DNA of 63,768 bases, counting the filler, from Octopus bimaculoides (taxonomy: Eukaryota), in NCBI RefSeq assembly GCF_001194135.2. It is 4 parts of 3 records of this genome, joined end to end, with 100 filler letters (N's around TTAATTAATTAA, not from the genome) between each part and the next. Parts side by side here need not be neighbours in the genome. Positions count along the whole stretch, not along the records: positions 26,614 to 55,600 come from NC_068990.1; positions 55,701 to 62,667 come from NC_068983.1; 2 more parts are not named here. One strand, written 5' to 3'. Each line of letters starts with the position of its first letter. Within the stretch, counting starts at the first letter, position 1. The notes below the pieces were generated by a model, which saw only the letters and a program-made list of their open reading frames with translations, searched no databases and was not told the origin of the DNA. Below are positions 51,075-62,204 of the stretch, one piece after another. The position numbers and the translations under genes were made by a program.

Positions 51075-52320
51075 ATTTTTCTTTGAGTTTTATTTATGTT
51101 CTAAAGAGAGTTCAAGCCGGTCTCTAACAAAGCGAGAAGACAATTTGAGTTGAGAGAGTTCCCGGTGTTTGTATATATGTGGTTCTGTTGATGTTTTGGT
51201 TGAACTGTCGATGCCTACATCCAAGTGTGTGCGTCTATTCACATAAGAGTTTTAAATGGAGAATATTTGGAATGTTTTTGAAACCTTCAATGTGCTACTA
51301 ATAGATTAGATTTGGAGAATCCGTGTCAGATTCTTTCGCTCTTTCTTCGTGAAGCCAAGAATTTCTTGGTTTTTGTGCAAATTTGTTGGTACATAACCTA
51401 ATGCACCTATGTTAACAGGTACAAATGAAAATTCACAGTCAGGGTACAAGAGCTGTAAGTTCCACCTTAATCCACCATAAATGTTCTCTTTTTCCAGGAC
51501 TTTTGATTGTACAATCATATCCACTGGGCAGCTGGCCTCCACAAAAGTGCATGACTTTTGTCCACAGTCTCAGGGAACAATATTAGGTCTGTTATGTTTG
51601 CACTAAATTGCTCTTTTTATAGAAATGTTCCACCATCATTCCTTGTTTGAATACCTGCTGGTCCTGACAGGCCTTTGATGTATACGTCAGGTCAATTCTC
51701 CTGCGGATAGCATTGTAAATAATCTTTGCAACTACATCATGCCTCAAAGGCAGGTAGTATCTCGTAGACGTTTTGGGAAAGCTGCTGATGATGTGGCTGA
51801 CATCTTCCACACTAGTATGGCAGCGGAGGTTTAGCAGTATTTTTGTGTCTCTTGTTTATCAGGTATTTAATAGCTACTTCCTGTTCATGAATTGCGAAGT
51901 CATATCCTTCTAGGTGAGTATAACGTATCTGTCCCAGGTCCAGGAGAGGCCACTCTTCTTGTCTATGCTGTCGTTTCCCTCTACCTTGCGGAATATGCAC
52001 TCATGCATTGCTTTTGTTGGTATGATGCCTCATTCAAGCATCTGTTTGGGTAGACTAGTGCAGCCTCCTTTGGGTCACATAAGACAGTTGTATTCTCAGA
52101 GTACCCGCACAGCAGTTTTTCTCCAACGCCGGATGTTGGTGCATTCACGTTTGAGTAACAATTGAATCTATTCACTTCTTTCATTACTTTTCAGCTGGTG
52201 TTCTCTGAGTGATACAATGCGACATTCAAAGGCTGTTTGGACCGACTTCATGCCTCTCCTGCCATCACTTAGTCTCACATAGATCCGATTGGTGTTGCTG
52301 TTAATATGGAAGTTGCCATT
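51075..52320 (-). mobile_element. 5'-truncated R4/Dong-clade-like non-LTR retrotransposon (RT thumb end, CCHC, RLE, 3' UTR), lineage 1
   Basis: GNFHINSNTNRIYVRLSDGRRGMKS, HLEGYDFAIHEQEVAIKYL, EDVSHIISS...RYYLPLRHDVVAK and CKHNRPNIV..VEASCP.D....K..EK...Y...LQLLYP...FVPVNIGALG. Stop at 51252-51254 and a 3' UTR of about 177 bp. Flanked by TATG repeats on both sides. Confidence 0.85.
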
Positions 52321-53213
52321 TGTATGTATGTATGTATGTATGTATGTATGTATGTATGTATGTATGTACCATTCAACTATGGTAGTAGTTGAATAATATT
52401 CTTAAGGACCCAATTTACTCACACGCAGAATCTTTCAGAGCTTGTCGCTAATTCAGTTCTTAACTAAATTGAAAATGGTTAGCAGTTTTGAAGAGGACTG
52501 GTCCCTAGCTACATTTTGGCATAAAAGAAATTGAGATTTGGTCCAGTAGAAAAAGTTTATACCGAAATTTGTAGCAACGTTATAGGAAAATAAGTAACGC
52601 CACCAATCAAGTTTAGATCTAAATAACTTGTTTATTTTAAAAGCAAAGTATATTTATCTTAGTTTCAATGATAGAAGAAAGCGTGAAGTTTTGTTCTCTT
52701 GCGACAAAAATTTATATCAAAAAAGTTGTAAGGTAAAATATCATGAAAATATATATAAGGCAAAAAACTGGATCTAAGTGTAATTAACTTTTTTATTTAA
52801 AAAACAAACTATATTTTAATTAAGCTTAAATGATAGAGCTCAATTCAAGAAATTTCATGGTATCAATCTCATGCAATGAAGTTTTAAAAGAAAAACGTTA
52901 TGAGTGTTTGTTTCTGAGATTTGAGGATGATAATATAATTCTTTACTTTTTATTGAATATAATTCTAGAGGACCTTTAATATATGTCACCTGCATCATTG
53001 AGGTAAGGAAAAAAATTATCAGTGACACCGCTAATTGACACATTATTAATTAGCATAATAGCATAACTTGAAAAATCATGGACTACATGGAAAAATGCAA
53101 GCAAGACAAATAATATTCTTAAGATTTTAAACCTGGAAAAGTGCAGCGAAAATCAAAACAAGAACGTATCTATTTGTTTTCAATAATTTCTGGCTGATTT
53201 GAACGTGGATATA

Positions 53214-53488
53214 CTGATTGCCGTTGTATACCTCTTTGGAGAACATCTCTTACCTTAAGTTGTACATAGACTCTTACTGTTCTGCGTACACCCCAACATC
53301 AGCAAATAATTTGCTTCTTGATTTGTTAGATGAATTGACCTTGGGGTAGATTTCACTAACGAGACACACAATAAAGTCGAAACACTGCAGTGTGTCAAAG
53401 TCCCCTTACATCAGTGAATCATTTGTGTTACGAACACGTATCATTTAATGGGAGGTGTTCTCCTATGACGGAATACAACAGCGATCAG
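53214..53488. mobile_element. Unclassified TA-flanked MITE (Tc1/mariner-like)
   Basis: About 45-bp imperfect TIRs (ctgattgccgttgtatacc.tctttggagaacatctc versus reverse complement ctgatcgctgttgtattccgtcataggagaacacctc), with TA on both sides. Confidence 0.55.
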
Positions 53489-53814
53489 TATATTCCCTTT
53501 GGAATCTGCAAGAATGTATTCAGAATGAATAGTTATGTGACTGTAATCATCTCATAGATATTCTACAACTTTCATTTGATCCGTTCTAAAGCTGGTCTAC
53601 ATGTCCCATGTTGAAACATTGTCAACACAATAAAAATTACATAATTAATCGTAATTATAAAATGTAGTTGAACGATTGTTTTAGATAATTTCAAACTTTA
53701 TACAATATAATTCCTGTTATCAACATTTGCTTTGATGTAACAATATATGATACATTAAAGTTTAATGATGGGTTAAAAAACTGAGCTTTTAAATTCCATG
53801 TGTTTTATTCAGTG

Positions 53815-54452
53815 TGCATGTGTTTACGTATTTTCACATGCGCATGTGTATGTGTGTATGCGTGTTTATGTATGTGTGTGTGTATGTGTGTGTGTGCATG
53901 CGTGTTTATGTATGTGTGTGTATGTGTGTGTGTGCATGCGTGTTTATGTATGTGTGTGTGTATGTGTGTGTGTGCATGCGTGTTTATGCATGTGTGTGTG
54001 TATGTGTGTGTGTGCATGCGTGTTTATGTATGTGTGTGTGTATGTGNNNNNNNNNNNNNNNNNNNNNNNNNNNNNNNNNNNNNNNNNNNNNNNNNNNNNN
54101 NNNNNNNNNNNNNNNNNNNNNNNNNNNNNNNNNNNNNNNNNNNNNNNNNNNNNNNNNNNNNNNNNNNNNNNNNNNNNNNNNNNNNNNNNNNNNNNNNNNN
54201 NNNNNNNNNNNNNNNNNNNNNNNNNNNNNNATGTATGTGTGTGTGTGCATGCGTGTTATGTATGTGTGTGTGTATGTGTGTGTGTGCATGCGTGTTTATG
54301 TATGTGTGTGTGTATGTGTGTGTGCATGCGTGTTTATGTATGTGTGCGTGTATGTGTGCGTGTATGTGTGTGTGTGCATGCGTGTTTATGTATGTGTGTG
54401 TGTATGTGTGTTTGTATGTGTGTGTGTATGTATGTGTGTGTGTATGTGTGTG
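53815..54452. repeat. Higher-order minisatellite built from microsatellite units (about 28-32 bp, gcatgcgtgtttatgtatgtgtg...)
   Basis: The unit recurs on both sides of the gap at 54047-54230. Confidence 0.9.
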
Positions 54453-54767
54453 TGAGGGGTGTGACTGAGTGGTTAAGGTATTCAGCTTATGGCCATTCAG
54501 ATGTGAGTTTCAGTTCGTGGATCGTTGTGTCCTCGAGCAAAAAATTATTCCGTTGCACGTTGCACTGTATGCATAAGAAGTCTAGCAGGCCGAAACTTCG
54601 AAGTTACTACCACCTTTCTTTATGTAAAATGTAATAAATGTGTACTCTACAAAAAATATTGCGTAAATCTTCACTTTAATGTTCAATTATCTTTATTATA
54701 ACTCAGCATAAACGCAAACATTAATCTACACGCCCACACACACATACATACATACATACATACATAC

Positions 54768-55032
54768 GCCATCAATGGAACTGTAAAGATATGTAAAAGT
54801 TTCCAAAAATTTAGCACATAAATACATATGCATGCATCTAGACATAAAAACGCATCCATAAAACAAACATACAAATCTGCGCATGCACTAACACCAAATA
54901 CTGCACACACACACATATGCACAAATACCTAGATGATGTTGATAAAAGTTCCAATGAAGGAGCCTTGAATCTATATTAGAGTCCGGCTCTTTCTCTATGG
55001 ACAAGAAATACAGAAATGAAACTGATTGATAA
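54768..55032 (+). mobile_element. 3' end (265 bp) of a young R4-like lineage 1 subfamily, inside (CATA)n
   Basis: Reads AINGTVKICKSFQKFST* followed by a 3' UTR, homologous to the ORF end of the 51 kb copy (SSTLKVSKTFQIFSI*). (CATA)n at 54743-54767 and CATACATGCATG from 55033. Confidence 0.8.
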
Positions 55033-55084
55033 CATACATGCATGCATGCATACATACTTACGTACGTATAATTATATATATGCT

Positions 55085-55700
55085 TCAGTATTTGGCTGCG
55101 GCCATGCTGGAGCACTGCCTAAAGGAGTTTTAGTCGAACAAGTTGATCTCAGGACTTATTTTTCAAGTCTAGTACTTATTCTATCAATCTCTTTTGCTGA
55201 ACCACCTAGGTTTCGGAGACGTAGACACACCAATACCGGAAGTCAAGCGGTGACGGGGAGACAAACACAGACACAAATACACACACTCATAAATATATAG
55301 ATATATATGTGACGGAGTCCTTTCAGTCTACCAAATCCACTCCCGTGGCCATAGTAGAAGACACTTGCCCAAGGTGCCACGCAATGGGACTGAACCCAGA
55401 ATAATGTGGTTAGGAAGCGAGCTTCTTACCATACAGCCAGACCTACGCCTATATCTTTTACGTGTTTCAGTCAGTGGACGGCGGCCATACTGGGGCACCG
55501 CCTTGAAGAATTTTTAGTCGAATGAGCAGACCCAGTAATTTTCTTTTTTCTTTTTAGCTTGGCACTTATTCCATCAGTTTATTTTGCTGAGCCGCTAAGT
55601 NNNNNNNNNNNNNNNNNNNNNNNNNNNNNNNNNNNNNNNNNNNNTTAATTAATTAANNNNNNNNNNNNNNNNNNNNNNNNNNNNNNNNNNNNNNNNNNNN

Positions 55701-55734
<34 letters not shown>

Positions 55735-56310
55735 AAAGAAAAAAAGAAAATGGAGGTTAGGAAGTTAATAATTGTTTATTATTAACAGCAAATTAATCAT
55801 CATCCCTTGCATCTGTTTCAATTTATATTCAGTAAATATTAAGTAAATATTAAATTTATATTTATATGACCTGAGCATAATATCTTCAGAGGGAAAAAAA
55901 TATTCCCTTGGATGTTTTATATGTGTTTATGGATAAACCATCCCTTCGTGAGGTTAACATAACCTTCATTTGACTGTGGTCATGCTGGAGCATCGCTTTA
56001 GTCGAACAAATCGACCCCAGGACTTATTCTTTGTAATCCTAGTACTTATTCTATTGGTTTTCTTTTGCTGAACCGCTAGGTTATGGGGACGTAGACGCAC
56101 CAACATCGGTTGTCAAACGATGGTGGGGACAAGCAAACACACACACACACACACACACACGCGTGTATACGACGGGTTTTTTTCAGTTTCTGTCTACCAA
56201 ATCTACTTACAAGGCTTTCGTTGGCTCCAGGATATCGTAGAAGACAGCTGCCCAAGGTGCCACGTAGTGGGACTGAACCCGGAACCATGTTGCTAGGAAA
56301 CACACTTCTT
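55085..56310 (-). mobile_element. Three SINE family B copies (about 55085-55449, 55458-55600, 55965-56310)
   Basis: Each matches the reverse complement of the family B reference copy. Confidence 0.85.
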
Positions 56311-57350
56311 NNNNNNNNNNNNNNNNNNNNNNNNNNNNNNNNNNNNNNNNNNNNNNNNNNNNNNNNNNNNNNNNNNNNNNNNNNNNNNNNNNNNNNNNNN
56401 NNNNNNNNNNTGTTTTTAGGGAAATTGTTTTATTTATATATACGGGTATAGTGTTTTATATATACGGGTATACAGTGTTGGCTGTGCTAATATCTCGAAT
56501 ATATAATTCTTCTTCTTCTTCTTCTTCACCATTATCATCATAGTCATCATCTTCATCCTCAGCAGCAGCAGCAGAAGAAGAATCGTTGTCTTGTATGCAT
56601 GTATGTATGTATGTATGTATGTATGTATGTATGTATGTATGTATGTATGCATGCACATACACACACACACACACATATTCATTCATACATGTATACATTC
56701 GTATGCATACATACATAGATACACACACACACACACGTATCTACATGTACCTAACTTACAGGAAGAAAATAATTACGCCTTTATATACATTCATGATTCA
56801 ACCAGCTTTCGGATGCGCAGTAGTTGAACGTACATGTTGTGTATCATAATGGCCATTGTTTCTTTCCTTCGGTATTAAAATATCAGTTTTTAGAACTTTC
56901 GACATAATTGACCTTTCCACGAGGTTTTGCTTTATATTTCTAATTTTAAAAGTTTAAAGTTTTTTTTGTTGTATTCGTATTATATTTTATAGACAACGCG
57001 ATTTTGTATTTTATATTGTATGTAGAGCAACGTCCTAAAATATTTTAGAAGGATGAAATAAAAAAACATTGTGTAAAACCAATATATTTGTTCTATGGAA
57101 AATATTCCCAGCTCATAAAAATAACGTTTCGGAGATAGGTGCTTTTTCAAGACAGAAGAAAGAAGACACACATCGTCGTTGTTTGGTTCCTTCTCAGCTT
57201 TCATCAAACAGACCTATAATCAGAGATCTAGGACTACATTAGCTTGGCTGGCTTCACTGGCTTCATGTTCTTGCTTGATGAGGCTGGGGTCATTCTAAGT
57301 TAGTGGTCCCAGAGGCGTCATCATGCATAGAGCCGACTAGGTTCACCAGT

Positions 57351-57468
57351 TTACATTATTTACATTATTTACATTCGACGTATTTGTCCTGATGAGGACA
57401 AATATCCGTCGAATGTAAATAATGTAAATAATGTACAGAATTCCTCATCTCTTAAATATAGAACTGTA
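57351..57468 (+). mobile_element. 118-bp foldback insertion with a 12-bp TSD, probably a PLE terminal fragment with 5' inversion
   Basis: TSD aggttcaccagt at 57339-57350 and 57469-57480. The arm ttacattatttacattatttacattcgacg-tatttgtcct pairs with aggacaaatatccgtcgaatgtaaataatgtaaataatgta. Confidence 0.7.
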
Positions 57469-57689
57469 AGGTTCACCAGTGTTCTCTATCGTTGGTGGTC
57501 ACGTGCCAGTTCCTCTGCATCCTCCAATGTGCAATTTTATTTCTGTTTTTTTTTTTGAAGATGATGGAGTGCGATTTGATGTAGATTTGGCTGCGCTTTC
57601 TAACAGGACTTTGTTGATATCTGACATTTAGTATTATGAAAGTAGAAGGTTGTATGCTGAACGTTTTAAATAAGTAAAAAATTCAGAAT

Positions 57690-58129
57690 AGGCGTCGGAG
57701 TGGCTGTGTGGTAAGTAGCTTGCTTACCAACCACATGATTCCGGGNNNNNNNNNNNNNNNNNNNNNNNNNNNNNNNNNNNNNNNNNNNNNNNNNNNNNNN
57801 NNNNNNNNNNNNNNNNNNNNNNNNNNNNNNNNNNNNNNNNNNNNNNNNNNNNNNNNNNNNNNNNNNNNNNNNNNNNNNNNNNNNNNNNNNNNNNNNNNNN
57901 ATATGTATATATATATGTATGTGTGTCTGTGTTTGTCCCCCCAATATCGCTTGACAACTGATGCTGGTGTGTTTATGTCCCCGTAACTTAGCGGTTCGGC
58001 AAAAGAGACCGATAGAATAAGTACTAGGCTTCTAAAGAATAAGTCCTGGGGTCGATTTGCTCGACTAAAGGCAGTGCTCCAGCATGGCCACAGTCAAAAG
58101 ACTGAAACAAGTAAAAGAGTAAAGAGTAA
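57690..58129 (+). mobile_element. SINE family B, full length with a gap in the middle
   Basis: Head before and tail after the gap at 57746-57900. Confidence 0.85.
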
Positions 58130-59039
58130 TCCAGGGAATTTGTTACGTGTCTCCAGAGCAGTTGTCAACATTTTGCATGTTGTGAAGAATTATGTGTACC
58201 AACAACAAATTAAGTCCAGTGAATAAATTATTTTTAATTATGAATCGATTCACTCATTTGTTTACTTCAAAGGCATACACATTCCTTTTGCATCTGTTCA
58301 CTATGATATACATTTAACCACTACATATACATATACATATATATATATACAAGATACATCAAAATATAGTTTTCGTCCAGTAAAATTTCACTCAAATAGT
58401 ATTGGTACCACATACTGAGCTCGAACACAGAAACATCTGGATCTGGTTGTGAATCACACCTCTTGAACACACAACCATGACTGCTATTTTCACCTGATCA
58501 AATCAGCTTAATCAAACTTGACGTATAGCTTAAACAACTGCCATAGCAAATTGTTAACGAGCTAGATATAATACAATATACTAAGTAAAATTATTTGGTG
58601 GTGTATTGTTTAAGTACTTTCAGTGTTAAATAGTTTCTCTTTTTGCTGCAGGGAATAAGTACATGTAAAAGAGTTAGGATTCAAATTTCTGACAAATTGT
58701 GGAATTATATATAATACAATACCAAGCTACTAGAAACGGGGGAAACAGTAAGTACAATACGATAAGTCTCTGTGTGTATGCATGTGTGTGTGTATGTATA
58801 TATATATATATGGGTTAATGTATAAACCAGCTGCTGGGCAGGTTGCCAGATATATCTGCCTAACTTGTCTATAATATGTACGAACGATGACTTTACATGC
58901 GTCTGTTGCACTTCTGTCTATCTATCTATCTATCTATCTATCCATCCAACAAATATACATATACATAGATGCCCAAACATACGTATATATGATGCATACA
59001 CACTAATCATATATACACACACACATTCTCTTATTCTTT

Positions 59040-59480
59040 TATCCTTTTACTTCTTTCAGTCTTTTGACTGTGGCCATGTTGGAGCATCACCTTGAAGAAT
59101 TTTAGTCGAACAAATCGACCTCAGGATTTATTTTCTAAGCCTACTATTTTTTCTCTCAGTCCTTAAAGTCGAGCCGCTAAGTTACAGGGACGTAAATATA
59201 CCAATACCGGTTTTCAAGCGGCGACGGGGCGACAAACACAGACACAAAGACACACACACAGGGGTATATATATATATATATATATGCATACACATTTGTG
59301 TGTATATATACATACATATATATACATATACATATACGACAGACTTTTTTCAGTTTCCGTCTACCAAATTCACTCACAAGGCTTTGGTCGGCCCGAGGCT
59401 ATAGTAGAAGACACTTGCTCAAGGTGCCACACTGTGGGACTGAACTCGGAACCATGTGGTTGTGAAGCCAGCTTCTTAGC
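59040..59480 (-). mobile_element. SINE family B, near full length
   Basis: Reverse complement of the family B body with an internal TA/CA microsatellite. Confidence 0.85.
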
Positions 59481-59520
59481 TCTCAGTCTCGATACATACA
59501 CACACACGTATGATAATAAT

Positions 59521-59732
59521 TATTTCAAATTTTTGTCACAAGGGCAGCTTGCGGGAGGAGATTAAGTCGATAACATCGACCCCAATGCGTAACTGGTACT
59601 TATTTGATTGACATCGAAAGGATGAAAGGCAAAGTTGACCTCGGCGGAATTTGAACTCAGAACGTAAAGACGGGCAAAATACTTCTATGCATTTCGCCCG
59701 GTGTGCTCACAATTCTGCTAGCTCGCCGCCTT
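59521..59732 (-). mobile_element. SINE family A, full length
   Basis: 18-bp TSD cacacgtatgataataat at 59503-59520 and 59733-59750. Confidence 0.9.
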
Positions 59733-60119
59733 CACACGTATGATAATAATAGTGATGTTTGATATCTATCATCGTCAAACATTTGATATCATTAGATTTA
59801 TCCTAGAGTTCTGAAAAAAACAACTATATTTTAAGCTATCAACGAGGGCAGGAAAATGGCGAGCGACCGAGTCTAATGGTCTTCCTTGATGGTCAGTTTC
59901 GTTTCGTCGATGTCTCCCATTAATTTACTTTTTACAGTTGCGCTTTACAGTAACGTTCTGAAGAATCACATCCTAATCGGAAATTTTCCCCTCCATAGCG
60001 GATCATCAAATGCACCAACAGTCCACATGCAAACATCAACATTGAAGATTTTAGATATTTATTTTAGTTTATTTTGCTATTGCTGCCTTGCAGTTCACAT
60101 TGGGCTCCGTCGCTCTTAC

Positions 60120-60263
60120 AATTTTACGTATACAAGCCTCTATAGACTTCCTTAGTTCTTTCTTAACGGCAGGCGACGGTAGAACCTTTTTGTTAGGCGG
60201 GTCCCATTGATGGTCCGACATGTCTTTGAACTTGGCTATCCCATCGTAGCTAGGATGCCCCAT
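60120..60263 (-). CDS. Candidate coding exon of unknown product (MGHPSYDGIAKFKDMSDHQWDPPNKKVLPSPAVKKELRKSIEACIRKI)
   Basis: gaaATGg context, 48 codons, ends at an ATT|GTAAGA donor, in unique and relatively GC-rich DNA next to the promoter island. No homology was recognised. Confidence 0.25.
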
Positions 60264-60502
60264 TTCAGTTTGATGAACACAAAAGACTTAAAAGAAAAAG
60301 AAATAGTAAAAGAAAAGATGAAATGTCATCGCGGGAATTGTTTTCAGTGGTGAATTATAGCAGAGTAGATAGCACGCCATTTTTGCTTTCAGAATCTTGG
60401 TGTAGTGACCCCTGGCGGTCAAGTATGGAAGCAAAACGAAAATGAGATCTAACGAGAGTAATTTCCCTCGACCTTCTCGAACATTCTAGAAGTTTCCAAT
60501 TA

Positions 60503-60582
60503 ACTTCCGGATGACGTGGCAGTCAGGGACTTCCGGTTCATCCCTTATATAAAGGAACACATTGCTAATTTCACGCCACTCT
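60503..60582 (+). promoter_or_regulatory. Candidate RNA polymerase II core promoter (TATA + Inr) with proximal ETS and bZIP motifs
   Basis: ACTTCCGG at 60503 and 60529, TGACGTGG at 60512, TATATAAA at 60546-60553 and YYANWYY match CCACTCT with A at 60578 (32 nt from the TATA start). Confidence 0.55.
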
Positions 60583-60989
60583 TGCCTGTTGGTTCCTAAA
60601 CATGCATTGAATCACGCCACTCGCATACACACTCGCACGCGTGCATATTCGCCCCATTTTGCTTTCAGACATGTGGTTGCAAAATATGTTCATGTGATGT
60701 TACAAGCTTTTCCTTCAATTAACCTTGTGTCAACGCATTACATCCAGTAATAAATATCTTATGACTTATTAGAAACGTCTCGCAAATTCTTATTTTCTTG
60801 TCGTTTACGTACAAGATGATGATCCCTCTTTCTCTCATGCTTATAAAATTATAGGATGTGACATACTGACATCACTATATAGGTCTTCCAACAGAACCAG
60901 TCATCTGTCTCTGTTGCAAGTGAACCGCTGAGTAGCTAACTTGATGGGATCCGCCAGACACAATGCTCACCAGAAAGAAATATATATAA

Positions 60990-61262
60990 GGCGGCGAGCT
61001 GGCAGAAACGTTAGCACACCGGGCGAAATGCTCAGCAGCATTTCGTCCGTCTTTACGTTCTGAGTTCAAATTCCGCCGAGTTCGACTTAACCTTTCATCC
61101 TTTTGGGGTCGATTAGATAAATACCAGTTACGCACTGGGGTCGATGTAATCGACTTAATCCGTTTGTCTGTCCTTGTTTGTCTGTCCTTGTTTGTCTGTC
61201 CTTGTTTGTCTGTCCTTGTTTGTCCCCTCTATGTTTAGCCCCTTGTGGGCAATAAAGAAATA
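60990..61262 (+). mobile_element. SINE family A, full length with an expanded 14-bp tail unit
   Basis: 18-bp TSD agaaagaaatatatataa at 60972-60989 and 61263-61280. gtttgtctgtcctt occurs in several tandem copies. Confidence 0.9.
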
Positions 61263-61530
61263 AGAAAGAAATATATATAATATAACATAACATAATATAA
61301 TATATGATATAATATAGATATAATAAAAAATATAGTATGATATAATCTGCTAATAATAATACTCGTGTTTTTCTCCGTCACAACATATGAATGATAAAGG
61401 AAGGGATGACAGATGAATAAGGAAGGAAGGGGTGATGGCAAACTGGTAGTGGGATGATGGAAATTCTACGGCGAAAAAAATCAAACTGCATTTCAGCTCT
61501 GTGTGAGTATATGTGTGTATATGTGTGTGA

Positions 61531-61654
61531 CTGTTTTTCTCACAGACGATGCCCAACTAATCCTATTATACTGTGTAGTCGACAAAATCAAAAACAATGC
61601 GGATGCACGAAACTAAAAAATATAGAATGGCGACAATTTACCCATCGCACCTTG
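61531..61654 (-). mobile_element. Solo 5' end of the maT/DD37D family
   Basis: ctgtttttctcacagac...ggcgacaatttacccatcgcaccttg|TA matches the ends at 30269 and 49995. Confidence 0.75.
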
Positions 61655-61674
61655 TATGTATGTATGTATGTATG

Positions 61675-61932
61675 TTATCAATCAGTTTCATTTCTGTATT
61701 TCTTGTCCATAGAGAAAGAGCCGGACTCTAACATAGATTCAAGGCTCCTTCATTGGAACTTTTATCAACATCATCTAGGTATTTGTGCATATGTGTGTGT
61801 GTGCAGTATTTGGTGTTAGTGTATGCGCAGATTTGTATGTTTGTTTTATGGATGCGTTTTTATGTCTAGATGCATGCATATGTATTTATGTGCTAAATTT
61901 TTGGAAAGTTTTACATATCTTTACAGTTCCAT
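61675..61932 (-). mobile_element. Second copy of the young R4-like 3'-end element, inside (TATG)n
   Basis: Three substitutions versus 54775-55032 by manual alignment. (TATG)n at 61655-61674 and from 61931 onward. Confidence 0.85.
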
Positions 61933-62137
61933 GTATGTATGTATGTATTTATGTATGTATGTATTTATGTATGTATTTATGTATGTATGTATTTATGTAT
62001 GTATGTATGTATGCATGCATGTATGTATGTATGTATGTATGTATGTATGTATGTATGCATGCATGTATGTATGTATGTATGTATGTATGTATGTACGTAC
62101 GTATATATGTGTGTGTGTGCGTGTGCGTATGTATGTA

Positions 62138-62204
<67 letters not shown>

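Noticed and set aside
57380-57410. CTGATGAG-GAC...GTC-GAAT as a hammerhead
   Set aside because: GAAA is GAAT, there is no stem III or NUH, and the CTGATGA is created by the inversion junction.
54768-61932. Twin 260-bp repeats as TIRs of a 7-kb DNA transposon
   Set aside because: They translate as a retrotransposon ORF end plus 3' UTR, there is no TSD or transposase, and an artificial join lies between them.
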